Position numbers and translations under genes: made by a program. Positions 25,191 to 38,608 of a stretch of 64,000 nucleotides of DNA are shown here, piece after piece. This stretch comes from Blepharisma stoltei ATCC 30299 (Eukaryota; Protista; Ciliophora), in assembly GCA_965603825.1 (NCBI GenBank), contig CBFDEM010000047.1:620001-684000 (forward strand), read 5' to 3'. Within the stretch, counting starts at the first letter, position 1; each line of letters starts with the position of its first letter. The notes beneath the pieces are model-generated. The model was not told where the DNA came from. It made no database searches and was given only the letters and a program-made list of their open reading frames with translations.

Positions 25191-26318
25191 TTAAACTGTT
25201 AAAAATCCTAGCCTGTTAATGAGGTGGGTAATTTTTTCTTCTAGTCAGTCTTTATGTAATAGTTGTTGGACCAAATTTTGAGGAAGTCCTGAAAACCCAA
25301 CTTTGCATCCTAGCAATGCCCCTGCAGCAGCTGCATTAGTATCAGCATCTCCTCCTTGAATGATGATATCTCTTATAGTGTCTTCGTAATTATCTTGCCT
25401 TAAAGCATGAAAAGTGCACCCTAAACAAATATAAGCATATCCCATATCTTCTCCATCAATAGGTGCCAAAGTTTGAAGGTCAATATTCATATACCTTCTT
25501 AGTGTTTCACTATTAAAATGATCACCGATGTTCCCTTTATGTGTATTATACTCCTCTATTTTTTCAGGCTTACAGCTCGAATTCACTTCTCCATCCAAAG
25601 TATTTGAATAATTTTGCAAAAAATTAGATGTAATTTCATATGAGGCTTCTGTAATTGTGTTAGCATCTCTCATCCCTTGTAGCATTAATGAAATTGCAAC
25701 TGTCTGGGCTATACTTGCAGCTAGACTCCTAGGGTCTGCATGAGTGCATTTCCCTATCTCTTTTGTTTGTCTAATGACTTGTTCAGTGTTATTATAATTA
25801 ATAATTCCTAGGATGCATGACCTCATGAGAGCTCCATTAGCTGCTAAGTTACATTGTCCTCCAATTCATATGTCAAGAGCAGCCATATGAGGATTTGTAA
25901 GAAACTCTTTATGACTAATAACTCTGCTTACTGTATATCCGCATCCTAATCCAGACTTATCGCCGAGCTCACGAAAGCCTTTTTTCTTCCATTCTCTTAA
26001 TTTTTTGGCGAAATCTTGGAGATCCCAACCTCTTGACTGAAGATAGGAATTAAGGATGACTATCATTTGGTCTGTGTCATCACTTCAGTCACCTTCTGGG
26101 AATTTTCTACGCTTCTCCCAACCTAATAAAGTTAGAGGACGGTTTCTTCAATTGTCAGATGCTTCATCTGCTGATAAAAATTCTGTCCGGATACCAATGG
26201 CATCACCTAAAGCTTGCCCATATATACATCCACGGATTTTATCCAAGAGTTCCTCTTTAGATAAAGGCTGAAGCTGAGATGAGTATTTTTGCAAAATTTC
26301 TGATAGGATTTGATCCAT
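25191..26318 (-). CDS. ADP-ribosylglycohydrolase (DraG/ARH family), copy 2, 375 aa
   Basis: Tandem paralogue of identical length, with the same catalytic motifs and TGA at the same four Trp positions. Confidence 0.92.
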
Positions 26319-26549
26319 ATGCAAATGATTAATATAATAATTAGTATTAAAAAATAAATCATTAACAGTCAAAGTATAGATAAAATTTTTTTTAACCATA
26401 GGCCTTCATTATATTAAACAATTATCATATTAATTCAAAAATGAGCACTGTTTTTACAAAAACAATATATTATTTAAATTTCCATTTATTACAGTTAATA
26501 TGCATGCCTTATATATGCATATCAATTAAATATTTATGCAATGCTTGAA

Positions 26550-27527
26550 TTAAATTTTATCATTTAAATTATCTATACTATTTTCTTCCTTCAATGTAAC
26601 TATTTCTTTATTGATTTTCTTATACTTGTTTCTAAACTCCTTGCAATTTTTGTACAATTTATTTTTTTCAATCCAAACCCTGAAAATCCTTAATGAAGGA
26701 CTGATAGCTCTCATAAATTTTTTTGTCCCTGTCTTAAAATATTCAAATGGTACTAAAATTAGCACAACGACCATCCATATTTTCTCAAAAATTAAATCCA
26801 GTCCTTCACATAAATATGAAAGCAACACTCATAAGCACTCCAAAGTGAAAATAAATGGAGTAATGCATATATTTATCAGTGTAAAACTCCTTAAAAAGCT
26901 AATAACCATGCTGATTACTGCATCATTTCTAATACCTCTTATTAAAACCCCACACAATTTTAACCCGAATATAAAAAAGGTTAAAAAAGCAATAAAAGCA
27001 GGATAAGCCACTTTTGTCACAGAATAAGCTCATTCTCTAAATGCTGAACAATTATATATAAATGCTGGCATAAACGCAAACAAGAATTTTTCAGTGTGTT
27101 CTCCAAAGATAAATCCTCGCTTTATCAGCTTTTTACCATAATGGTCTTGAAAAATGTCTTTTTGCAATTTTGCAAATGATACTACGTCATCAAAATGATA
27201 CTGCTTAAACCCTATTTTATTGACTTCTTTGTATTTTCGCCAATACTTTGGGAATATTTTGAACATAGAATAGAGTGCTATTATATAGGCAACTGAAAAG
27301 GAAAAATAGGAAATTAATAATTCAATTGGGATTCCAAAGATTAACAGAAAAATTAGGAGCCAAAACTGAATTCATGTGGAGGTTTGGTCTGTTTTTTTGA
27401 TCATAAAGGATACTTTTGAGGATTCGTCAAAGTTTATAGTAAATGAAATTGCGAGGATGTCTGATATAGCAAATATTTGGCCTTCTTTGTCAATTAGATA
27501 CCCTTCAGAAAGGTATAGAGGTTCCAT
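26550..27527 (-). CDS. 325-aa hypothetical multi-pass membrane protein
   Basis: Track ORFs 27030, 26829 and 26550 are in frame with ATG 27527 through TGA codons; several hydrophobic segments. Confidence 0.65.
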
Positions 27528-27655
27528 TAGGAGATATTTAATGAGAAATTGAGTTTAAATAATAAATTTAATATTAAATAATTATTTCAGCATTTTAAGG
27601 ATATTTTAGTATAGAATGCTAATGTGGAAAAATCTACTTAACAATAGTTTTTAAT

Positions 27656-29449
27656 CTAAGGTTTGACAATTTTGCCTTCTCCACCTTCTGAATAGGTTCC
27701 AGTTTGGCCTTTCTCTTTTTCAATGGATTTTTCTCCTGGCGTTGTATAAGCTTTTTTACCTGTTGCATATTCTACCTGTGTCATTTCAGTCACAACTTTA
27801 ACTGTCTCTTTCACTATTTTTCCTTTTGGCTGGTCTTGGTATCCTTCCTTTGGCCTCTGAGTTACATCTTCATATCTTTCTTGGCTGCTTGAGATTACGC
27901 CTTCCATTTTTTCGACGCCTTGCACGGGTTTTGGCTTTGCCTCATATACCTGTTTTCCTTCAGTTCCTACTCCACTGTGATAAGATCCTGACTGAGCGGG
28001 CGGCATATCATATACCTGTTTTCCTTCAGTCCCTACTCCACTATGATAAGATCCTTCAGTAAGAGGGAATGCCTGCTTTGATTGAGCTGGTGGCATATCA
28101 TACTGCCTTGTTTCCTTCTCTGGATAATTAGTATGGATTTCCGGCTGTTTAGTATAAGTTTCTTGTTGTTTTGGATAATGGCTATAAGTTTCTTGCTCAG
28201 GATGCTTAATATAACCTTCTTGATACTCTGGATGCTGCTTATGGGCTTTCTCAGGATAAGCTTCTGACTGTTCTGGGTGCTTGGCTATGCTTTCTGGATG
28301 TTTAGAATGAGGTTCAAGCTCAGAGCGCTGCGTATGGGAAGGGACAACTTCTGGGGATTCTATTCCTATGTATTTAGGAGATGATTCTTCATGGACGTTT
28401 CGAGATTCAGTTCCAAGATGTGCAGCCGGCTTTGAGCGGGGGGGGAATTCTTCAGGATTTTCATATGCACTGCGCTTGGGAGAATGCTCATAAGGCCGCT
28501 CATGTTTTTTTGATTTTTTGACGATGGGGGCTTTTGGCTCACCTGGTCTTTCTTCTTGTCCTTCTATGTCATGCTTTTTTGATTTCTTGACTTTGGGAGC
28601 TTTTTGTTCACCTAGTCTTTCTTCTTCTCCTTCTAGGTCATGCTTTTTTGATTTTTTGACTTTGGGAGCTTTTGGTTCGCCTAGTCTTTCTTCTTCTCCT
28701 TCTAGGTCATGCTTTTTGGATTTCTTGACTATGGGAGCTTTTGGCTCGCCTATTCTTTCTTCATCTCCTTCTAGGCCATGCTTTTTGGATTTTTTTACCA
28801 TAGGAGCATTTTGTTCTCCAAATCTTACTTCTTGTCTTTCTGGTCTGGATTTCCCTATACCACCTCCTATTGGAATCGCTCCAGCTTGCATTTCTTGTTC
28901 AGGCTTTTGATGCAAAATTTCTTCATGCTGTCCTTTTCCTAGTCCTTGAGGCCTGTTTATATCTTGTTGAGGAGTTTGATGCGAAGTTTCTTTATGCTGC
29001 CCTTCTTTTCCATGACTTTTTGATTTATTTAAATATCCAAGCCCTTCTCCAGTCCTTCCAGTAGACTCTTCTCCTTGGTCTATATCCATAATTAGTCAAA
29101 CAGCCCCAGCTTTTTCATCTTTATAGAAGATTTCAACCCATTCATCAAAGATTTTATCACGAAAGACTTTTGATAAAGGTACATTAGCGCTTCCGATTTC
29201 TTGGTCTCCGGTGAGTGTTCGTTTATCCCATAAACTGATTAGAATATTTTCTTCTTGAGCTTCTGGGTTGAATTCAAATCTTTCGTCCCAGCGTGGGGTC
29301 ATGCCTCCTTTTTCACTAACGTGAGAAATTTTTTCCTGATTCCCAATTCTGATTACGCAATAAGGGTCCATTGAAGTCAGACCTAAGTCTCGCTCGAGTT
29401 TTGCTCCAAGAGGGCGGATTCTTAGCGTTCCTTGATTATGTGATGCCAT
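27656..29449 (-). CDS. 597-aa C2-domain protein with a long charged, repetitive disordered tail
   Basis: C2 domain: GTLRIRPLGAKL..MDPYCVIRIG..TPRWDERFEF..ISLWDK..IGSANVPL. Continues via GAV-W(TGA)-LIMDI into the 477-aa ORF. Confidence 0.85.
28499..28819 (-). repeat. Coding tandem repeat, ~4.6 x 69 nt (23 aa: GEPKAP[IK]VKKSKKHDLEGEEERL)
   Basis: Directly visible in both DNA and translation. Confidence 0.9.
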
Positions 29450-29849
29450 TTTTATTGTGTATTAAAGACCAACCATGTTGGAAACTAGTCTGATGGTCAT
29501 TCCTTATTTGTTAATTTCGAATGATTTGATTAATTATTTTATAAAATAGTTTTGATGATAGGAAAAATTATTTAAACGGTGTAGGCTTATAGTCAAACAA
29601 ATTTTATTAAAAATATTCTCTTTCTACCCTTTATTTATATATATCACAATAAATTAATTAATGAAACATGTTTTTTAAACTAAATATCAATAAAATATAA
29701 TTAATAAAAGGGCTTTAAACTTAATAAACAATTTTGAATCAATTTTTAAAAAAATTTCGGCAAAATTATTTTTAATAATCCAGACCAAATCTGGCTTGAG
29801 CTATTTTCTTCTAGTTCACGATATTCTTCGCCCACTCAGAAACTCATAA

Positions 29850-30917
29850 ATGGCAAGCAAAACAGGATTTGAAAATCAATCTTTGCCCACGTTTAGAATC
29901 GACGATCCTCCAAGAAGGCGTTACTCCTGTCCAAACGCCCCACAAAGAAGCCGAGTTAACTCTTCATTCAGTTCTTTCTCAACCTCTTCAGATCTACCTA
30001 CTAAAGACGGCTGATTAAAAAAAAGGTCAAAAAATATATTCCACCGCTGACAATGGAGATATTTTGTCTTGCAGAACAAAAAGTTGTCTTATTTTCGTAA
30101 GAAAACCGACATCCAGCCTGCATATGTAATTAACTTTGACTTAGTTACTGTTGATGTGCAAGTTATAAACCCAAATGATCCAAGCTCACTAATGATAGTG
30201 CCGCTGGGGTCTAAACGAATTTTAGAACTTAAAGCAAAAACTTCTCAAGAACTAGCAGACTGAGCTTTAGCCTTGCATTTTCATATAAGTGTGTCAGATG
30301 GTAGGACTAAAGATTTAGTGACACTTAACCAAAAAAAGGAATTTTGAAAATTTGATAGAATTTCAGATTACCAGTTCAGACAATCAGCTTCTACCGGCGA
30401 TATTTTGCTTTTTAGAAGCAAAAATATAGCTGCGAAAATACAAAGAAGCTTGACTCGAAGCAAATTTGACCATGTCGCTATGCTTTTGTGCTATTCTTCA
30501 GGCAAGATTGGATTACTAGAAGCTACTGGGCTGGATGGGGTTAGCATAGTGTTTTGAGACGATTTTTTAATGTATAATTGGAATTTGTTGTATACAAGAA
30601 TTGTATATAGAAAACTAAATATCGAAAGATCGCAAAAGGTGCTGGACATTTTGAGTGATTTCGTTGACAAAGTTAAAGGAAAAGAATATAAAATAACAGC
30701 ACAGAAATTATTCAGAAAACGAGAAAATTTAAAGCCGGGATATGAAAAAAATTTCTTTTGCTCTGAATTGATTGCGTCTGCTTATAAATCATTGGGGTTG
30801 CTTCCTGATAACGTACCTTCATCTCATTATTGGCCTGGACATTTTGCAAATGAAAATAAAATTGAACTAGTCGGAGCGTCACTTAGTCCAGAGTTGCTTA
30901 TTGATATGGAATTATAA
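29850..30917 (+). CDS. PH domain + circularly permuted NlpC/P60 (YaeF/YiiX-type papain-like amidase) protein, 355 aa
   Basis: PH: KDG-W-LKKRSKNIFHR-W-QWRYFVL..LKAKTSQELAD-W-ALAL, with those three Trp encoded by TGA. Catalytic domain TGDILLF..FDHVAM..LLEA..FFCSELIASAY, with His preceding Cys. Confidence 0.85.
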
Positions 30918-31972
30918 TAAATTTATTGCTATTATATTTTTTAAATAATTTATGTCTTGGTAATTAAGATTTAAACATATATGATTGAAGGAAAAATTAA
31001 AACAATTCTAATTTATGTAAATTGTAAATAAAATTTGACGATTAATGCTGCTTAATTTTAAATTTATTTTTTAATAAGTTAAAGCTAATTTATTAATTTA
31101 ATGATTTTGTGAAGTAGTTTTTTTGTGAATGCAAGCCTATTCTGTGAATAAATCAAAAAGCAGAGTTAAGAATTTGAGATATGGAATAAGCTTTAGACAT
31201 CTTAATTGGCAAAATAGCTTATAGCTTCAAAAAACTCTTATATTCAGCCTGAGTAAAATAATACTTTCTTCAATGGTTAAACTATACAAAGAGAAGATTA
31301 GGTGTTTGCTGCAAGGAAAATAAAGGTGAGATATTCATTTCATAAATAAGTCCAGTTAACTGCTTTTAAGGAATGCAATAATCTTCCAAAATCAAAATTT
31401 CATTAATATCATTATTTAATCTTAAGTCCATAAAGCTGCTTATCTTTATCTGACTGAACTATTTCTTTAAGATTCGAGTTCATAGATATTTAAGCTATTT
31501 CTTTTAGCAACAAATAAAAATTTAGCTACTTAAATTATTTTCTGTAGGAATAATAAATTCAAAATTTCTTTGTCGTAATGCGTGATACTTATTTAATTTC
31601 TGTTTTTTTCAGATATAAGAACGTATGAAATTAGCCATAGAGATCATTGCGACTCCTCACCTAATTTCTCATAAAATATGAAAATTTAAATATTAGGCCA
31701 TATTTACTATTACTGAATAAGCTTCCAAAAAACTCTGTAAAATAAGAGTTGTGACGATTTTCATTGAAACCTACCTCCTAGAAATATTTTCGCATTATAA
31801 TTTTTAAACATAATATAATTCCTCTTTACTGGCCAAAAATCGAACTTTATTTCACTAATTCGATTTTACCATGATAATTCCTCTTTGCAGTATGAAGCCA
31901 TCGGTTAAAGCGCAAAACTTAGTCATGGGTTAACTAAATAATTTTAGAATTAAATTATACATTTCAAACAAA

Positions 31973-32245
31973 TTAATTCCCATACAAGAAGGAATAAGAA
32001 GCAGATAAAGAACTCCTTCCAGCAGATGATAAGCTGGATCTGCTGCTTCTTGTAAAACTTTCTATCATTCTTTGTCTATATAATGGGTTGGAATTAATAT
32101 CAAGCAAAGGTGCATTTTTAGCTTTTTCTATTCACATTTTCTTTTTGATTTCTTGTCTTTCGTTATCACGAGGCGAAATTTGCATATGAACATCCATGAT
32201 GTAAGGCAGAATTTTTTCTTTGCCTTTGCAACAGCATGAACCCAT
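31973..32245 (-). CDS. Acylated microprotein family member 1 (90 aa)
   Basis: MGSCCCKGK..KKKM-W(TGA)-IEKAKNAPLLDINSNPLYRQR, Ser-rich tail, TAA. Confidence 0.82.
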
Positions 32246-32852
32246 TTTTGATTTTATTTGTAATCCAATCAAACATGTATTAAGGGTAGCTAGTGTTTTA
32301 TAGGAATCTGGCAATCTTGATACATGAATTTGATTATGTAGTATTTATGATTGCTCAACAAAATATGGTTCTTCTAATTCTTTAAATTTCTGCTAATTTT
32401 GAGGTATTTTTATTCATTTTTTATTAATAATGCTTAAAAATAGTTTTTTAGCTTAATGTAGACTTGGCACTAATATACATATCAAATTTCCATTTATTTC
32501 AATCCATTATTCAATAATTTTATTTTCCATTAATACCAATTTTTAGAACGATTTCACAGCAATTCTTAATCAATGCTTCTTTGAATTACCAATTAACGCC
32601 TTTTAATTTTCCAATTTTCTTTAATTGATAATTTAATTATTCATAATTAATATTTATCAATGCTTATTATGCAATCTAAATTTTTTTGTTAGAAATCTGA
32701 TTGAAATAAAATGAATACTAATCTTAATTATCGCATTAATCTCGCTCTTAAATTTTGCATAATTAATCTTCATCATTCATTTTCGCTAAAGGTCTATTTC
32801 AAACTAAACTACTCATTATAATATAAATATTTCCTTTTTCATAATGGCCTTC

Positions 32853-33122
32853 TTAGAAGACGCCAATTGAAGATGAAGTGCGAGCACATAGCAGTTGCCG
32901 GTCTGAGCCAAAACTTGCAATATTATGTAGTTCTTGGTTTCTTAAAGCCCGCTTTGTGTATAACTCACTGGAATTTATATTAAGACGAGGCGCTTTTTCA
33001 GCTTTTTTCTTTCATAATTTTCTTTTATTTTCTTTTAGACTGTTCTCAGGAGAGAGCAATCCAGTGCTATATTTCATATTCGGAACAGCCTTAACTTTAT
33101 TAGCACAAATGCAGGAACCCAT
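32853..33122 (-). CDS. Acylated microprotein family member 2 (89 aa; absent from the ORF track)
   Basis: MGSCICANK..KRKL-W(TGA)-KKKAEKAPRLNINSSELYTKR..TSSSIGVF*. Confidence 0.82.
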
Positions 33123-33992
33123 GATTTGATTTATAGCTCTTTACTAATAAGTAATTCGATTAAATGGATATGTTAGGCATTTTCTAGAAAAGAAAAAAAA
33201 GAAGCTGAGGCCTTTATGAAGTTGGAATCAGTAAATTTACGAGGAAAGGTTTCGAAAAACTATAGCAGCCATCACATAGAGTTCATCGTGGATATTTTTT
33301 TATTTTTAATTTTTTACTCAATATATGAATATTTATACTTGAAAGTGAAATAATTTTATGATTAAGAAGTATAAATTTGAGAAAAAACTAAGAATTAATT
33401 GTATAGATAGCATGATTTAGATTTTAATCTTATCTTTTTAAAAAGGTTACATATTTGAAATAAAATCCATTAATAAGGGTCAATATTTTACCAAATAGAT
33501 ATGCATCTCATAAATTAGAAATTTTTTAAAACTAATCGAGGAAAACAATAATATAAATATATGAGATAAACAGAGCTCAGATTGATTTTTCCAAAATTTT
33601 TTGAGCATTGTGACATATTTATTATAAAATTTATTATTTAATTTAAATAATAGAGGCCTAAATAAAATATTGACTATAATATTCACGTTTGAAGCAAAAC
33701 AAATAAGCTTGAAAAATTATCCGAGCTTAGTTTTTCAGTTAAATTATTGAGTATACTTTCATTTTTTAGCATAAAATTATCCACTTTCCAATTTGATTTT
33801 CAAAGTCAAGCGAATAAAATTGCATTGTTCGGACATAGGATGTATTGGCGAAAAATTCTGCCATTTCAAAGAAATATTTTGCATATCTTAAGGGATTATG
33901 GAAATAATTAGCATTTGAGCTTAATCTGAAATCAGAGTAATTTAAATTATTAGAAAACGTATTTAAAAAGCATTTAAAATTTTATCTTAATT

Positions 33993-34280
33993 TTAATATA
34001 AAATTTGGCTTAATCTTCCAGGAGTAGATTGTCCATAATTCAAAGGAGAACAGATTTCCGTCGAACTGCTTTGAGTTTGTGGCCTCTCCTGAATCCTCTG
34101 CTTTCTTTTCAAAAGCAAAGAATTTTCACCAATTTTTAATAGAGGTGCCTTTTCGGCTTTGGAGTTCCAGAATCGAGTAACTTCTTTTATTTTCAGTTTC
34201 TCATAGTCAGAAAGGGTTTTTTCTGTATGAATTTCTATTATACATGTGTTTCTTCGAGTTGTGTTGATGCATGAGCCCAT
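33993..34280 (-). CDS. Acylated microprotein family member 3 (95 aa)
   Basis: MGSCIN..RFWNSKAEKAPLLKIGENSLLLKR. Confidence 0.82.
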   Translation of the reverse strand: MGSCINTTRRNTCIIEIHTEKTLSDYEKLKIKEVTRFWNSKAEKAPLLKIGENSLLLKRKQRIQERPQTQSSSTEICSPLNYGQSTPGRLSQILY

Positions 34281-36582
34281 TTTATTACCACAAATTTTAG
34301 TAAACTTACATGAAATTAACTATTTGAGAATATTCGAAAGAAAAGAAATTTTAAACCGAAAAGTTTTTGTAATCAAATTATTCAATTATAAATAAATAAT
34401 AATTATTAAGCTAACTAATTAGTGCAAGAGCTCGTTGCTAATCTACTTTTATTTAAATTATACAAATTGCTTAAATAAGAGCTTCGATCTTGGCCGCTGT
34501 ACCTTTAAACGTTGAATCTAAGTAATATATTATAAATAGCCGTCAACTTGACTTGAACTCTGCTAAAATTTTTAAAATTGGCTAAATATGCTGTTTACTG
34601 AACACGATCAGGAGAATCGAATGCTCAATAAGATGAAAATTTAAGCACGAGCAGTTAATCCGAATAAAAATAATAAGCTTAATCAAAAAAGCCGATAAAT
34701 TAGCTCTATTGCAGCGGTTACAAAATTGGCGATTTTGTTATTGCTGTTGTGTCTTTACTAGACTTCCATATTCAAATGAAAAATGGTCTATCTCAATTTT
34801 GACTTCAAAAAGAAATTACTCAGGAAATATTTTATTACATAAGCCGCTTGGAAGAGCTTCATAATTTTAATTAAAATAGGAAAAAGATTCTAAATAAGTT
34901 AGCCAATTAAAAATATACTTCAAAATTATTCTGTGTATTGAGGCCAATTATAATTTTAAATTGTATAAAATTTTGTTTTTTCTTTTTAAGCTTGCAACTT
35001 TAAAAGTAAGTATTTTATTTATTGCAAAATGAATTAAGGATTGAAAGAAATCCATAAAAAGATAAAATTCATTTTCTGCTCAAAATAAAAAACACATAAT
35101 TTCTGACTTATAATTGATTTAAATTTTGCCTGTTTTGGTCAATTCTTATCACCCACTTGAGCTTCTGTTCTTGCTTAGTATTTTCTGTCCATCACCTATT
35201 GCATGTCGCTTGGTCTTAATCTGAAAGGTCTTTGGCTTCAGGATTCGGATTTTACGGCTGCCTTCTAGCTCGAGTATCTAAGTTAAAAGTAATTTTCTGA
35301 CTAACTCTTGGCAAAGTGGAAATTTGAGGCACAGAATAATCCTGATATCGCCCAGAGCAATGCTCTAAAAGTCAAGAAAGCATCTAGATAATACTGGAGT
35401 CTCCATTTCTATCTAATTCGAAACTTAACATTTAAAATTCAACTCTGAGCGTGAATTAAGGATGGGCTTTGAACATTACCACGATGCTTAACTAGCATTT
35501 CTGTAATTTTTGGATGCATTTAAATAGCTACCCATAAGAATGTTTTAATTTATTGAGAATAGGTAAATCAATTCATTAAATTCAAATTAGGAACAATGAT
35601 ATTATTTTAGGCATGATTAAATTATATCAAATAATATAATTCATCAAAATAGAACAAGACCTATTTTCTTTATAGTTAGCTATTAAAATATTGGTGCCGG
35701 AATAATAATTAATTTAACATAAATTGTCATTTTAATTAAAGGATAAAATTCTTATATGAAGAGACCAGAACTAACTTAATGATAAGGAGCATTTTTGAGT
35801 AATTATCAGAATCCTTTCAAATAAACTAAATTTTAAGTATTTATCGCGTTTTCAATACTTTTTAATGCACAAAGCTAGTTTTTTATGATATATTTTCATG
35901 CTAAAAATTCTTCCAAAATACTGAGTAAGAAGAGAAATATAAGTTGATCTGATTATCTTTTAAAATCAATTATTTTCTTTAAACTAATAAGAGGGTTAAG
36001 GGTACTAATATTAATATTTTAAACATATCTAGCAGCCAAAACAGTGTTTTCAGGCAGATAGTTTTGCGTAGCTTCAGCTGCCTATCAAAATGTCTACAAA
36101 ATATTCCATCTCAGCCTTATTTATAAAAAATTATGTTTCTATGCTATCATTGCTAACATTGCAAAGAATTTTTATTTAGCTGCACTATTTGTCATAACTT
36201 ATACTTTTGGTGCGCATTTATAGTATCTAAGGCTTGTCATTTACAAAAATTTGAAGGTTTAACTCATCTTATTTAATATGTAAGCCAATTTTAAGTTCAC
36301 AAATCCAGGCATTAAGCCTAGTTCTTAAATTTAAGCCTCTGATTACTAATCAGCATTAAATTGAATGAAAAACTTTTAATAAGCTCACAATATAGAATAA
36401 TTTTGATTTCCTTCTAATTCAAAATAATTTATTTTATGAGTTTCTATGAAAAATGCATGCTTTAATTTTTATATGATTAAGTATTGGCTTTTTATCAAAT
36501 TTGTATATAATTGGCATATATTCTTTTTAATTTCAAGCCAAAATAAAACAATTTTTTGGTTTAGGTTATTAAATTAGGAATT

Positions 36583-36831
36583 CTAAATCAGCTCAGACTT
36601 AGAGAGGGATCATTGCCCAGTGCTCATTTTGGAAATTCTATATCAAGACTGCCGCTTGATGTATAACTGATTCGCTTCAATATTAAGTTGAGGAGCATTT
36701 CTTGCTTTAGATAATCAAAAAAGCCTTCTTTGGTTTTTATTCTGGCTTCGAAAGCTTATGGTCAGTTTCTCGATTTTATTTTCTTGATTAGATAATGATT
36801 TAGCCTTGGTAATGCCGCAGCACAAGCCCAT
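36583..36831 (-). CDS. Acylated microprotein family member 4 (82 aa; absent from the ORF track)
   Basis: MGLCCGITK..RRLF-W(TGA)-LSKARNAPQLNIEANQLYIKRQS-W-YRISKMSTGQ-W-SLSKSELI*(TAG). Confidence 0.8.
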
Positions 36832-38608
36832 AATTTTTCTTTAAAATAGAATTATTGGTTTATCTATATTAATAAATGCGATAAAATATTAAATAAACCA
36901 TGATAATTAAGCTATTTATTTTTATAAATGATAATGCAATCTTAAAATCAATTAATAAATTTTCCATATCCATAAAAACTCTGAAAAAACATTTTAAGAC
37001 AATAAAAAAATTCAAAGTAGTATTATAAATTGCGTGATTTTTTGTGCTTAGGTTTATAGGGGCTACAAAATTTATATCAAATAAAAAAAATTGAAATACC
37101 GGATTATGAGTAATTAATAAAAAAGTAGCACAGCATTTAAATATTGATAAAGATAAAATTTTTATGGAAATTTTCGATTTTTAAGCAATAATAAGAGTTT
37201 AATCCTAGTTTAGAGTGCTAGCTCATTATGAGAGTTAAAAACTATAGCTCATTGCTTTTTTATATGGAAAATATAAGTATGACTATTGGAGAATAATTTT
37301 TTATTTGTTTCTTATCGATCTAAATATTTGCAAATTTTATATAGTCGTATTATTATAATAGCTTATAGGGGCATTTAGATCGATATAAGGCATGCATGGG
37401 TCTTTCATATATAAATTTATTTAAACTGCATGCTTATAAGGAATTAGAATTAAAATGAATTGAATGCTCCCTTTAATATTTAGTATATTAAATTAAGCAA
37501 ACTTATAAAAATTGAAAACTTATCTTAAATTACTAAAAATCATCTTTAATAATTTAATTATAACACTCTGTTAATCCAAATTTATAAGATTACTTTTTTC
37601 CTAAAATTAAGTATAAAACTATAAAAAATGATTTTATCAGCTAGCAAAGCTTAATTGATAAATTAAGATAAACAATTTTACTCCCCATAATGCAACTTCT
37701 GTATTTAAAGCTATTTTCTATTTTCTCTGTCTAAAATTCTACTTCTGCTGCCAAATAAAGCTGGAAATAATTGATATCTCAGATATTTCTAAAAGCATAA
37801 CCCATTTCTCAAAAATTTTCACCTGTGTAAGCAGGAATATAAGTCCTGCATTATTCTAATTCTCATAATTAAAAAACAATAATGTCCGATCTCTAGATCA
37901 TGAGTGCATACTTTTATCTCATGGCAATATTGATCTTAAAAATTATTTTGTATATGCATAATTTGCAATACAAATTTTGAAGTATTTTCTATGGCATTTC
38001 AATGTGATGAAATTTTCTTCTAATAAAGAAAATGTAACAGCCATTTTTACTGAATTTTTAATCAGTGCTAATACCTTTTAAATATTACAAGATGAAATAT
38101 ACCTTGATTTAAACTGATAAGCTGCTACAAAACTTTTTATTGCTGTTGCTTTGAGCATTCAGCTTTTCTATTTTAAAAGACTCTTAAAACTCCCAATAAA
38201 TCGATATCATAATAAAAGAGAAAATGGAGCAGAATAAATAGTTGTGGAACTGAGAATTATTGTTTTTCATTTTGTTCATAAGCTGGATTTAATCTATTCA
38301 GTATAATAATTCATTCTCAAATTAACTGGTTTTTAAAATAATCTACTTTAGGATTTTTTTTAATTGTCCACATATATGGTACCATTTCTCAATTAGGCAT
38401 GCAAATTAATTCTAGAAGTTTTCTCTAGCATCCGAAATAGGATTTCTAATTGTAGGCTGTTATAAATTTAATCCTTAATAAAGCAAAGTTTATCCAAGTC
38501 AATCGTAAAAAAAATAATTATTTAATATCGATTTCAAACGTAAAAAAATACTTTCCTTTATTTTAAACATCAAATTTATCAAGTGGACTTTACTGGAATT
38601 TTTTACTC

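Noticed and set aside
28499-28819. Regular 69-bp repeats resembling a CRISPR array
   Set aside because: There are no unique spacers; it is an in-frame coding tandem repeat in a eukaryotic gene.
32878-33129. Track ORFs antisense to real genes (e.g. 32878+, 39266+, 21045+, 56453+, 28518+, 1484-, 1796-, 57650-)
   Set aside because: They are shadows of better-supported genes on the opposite strand.
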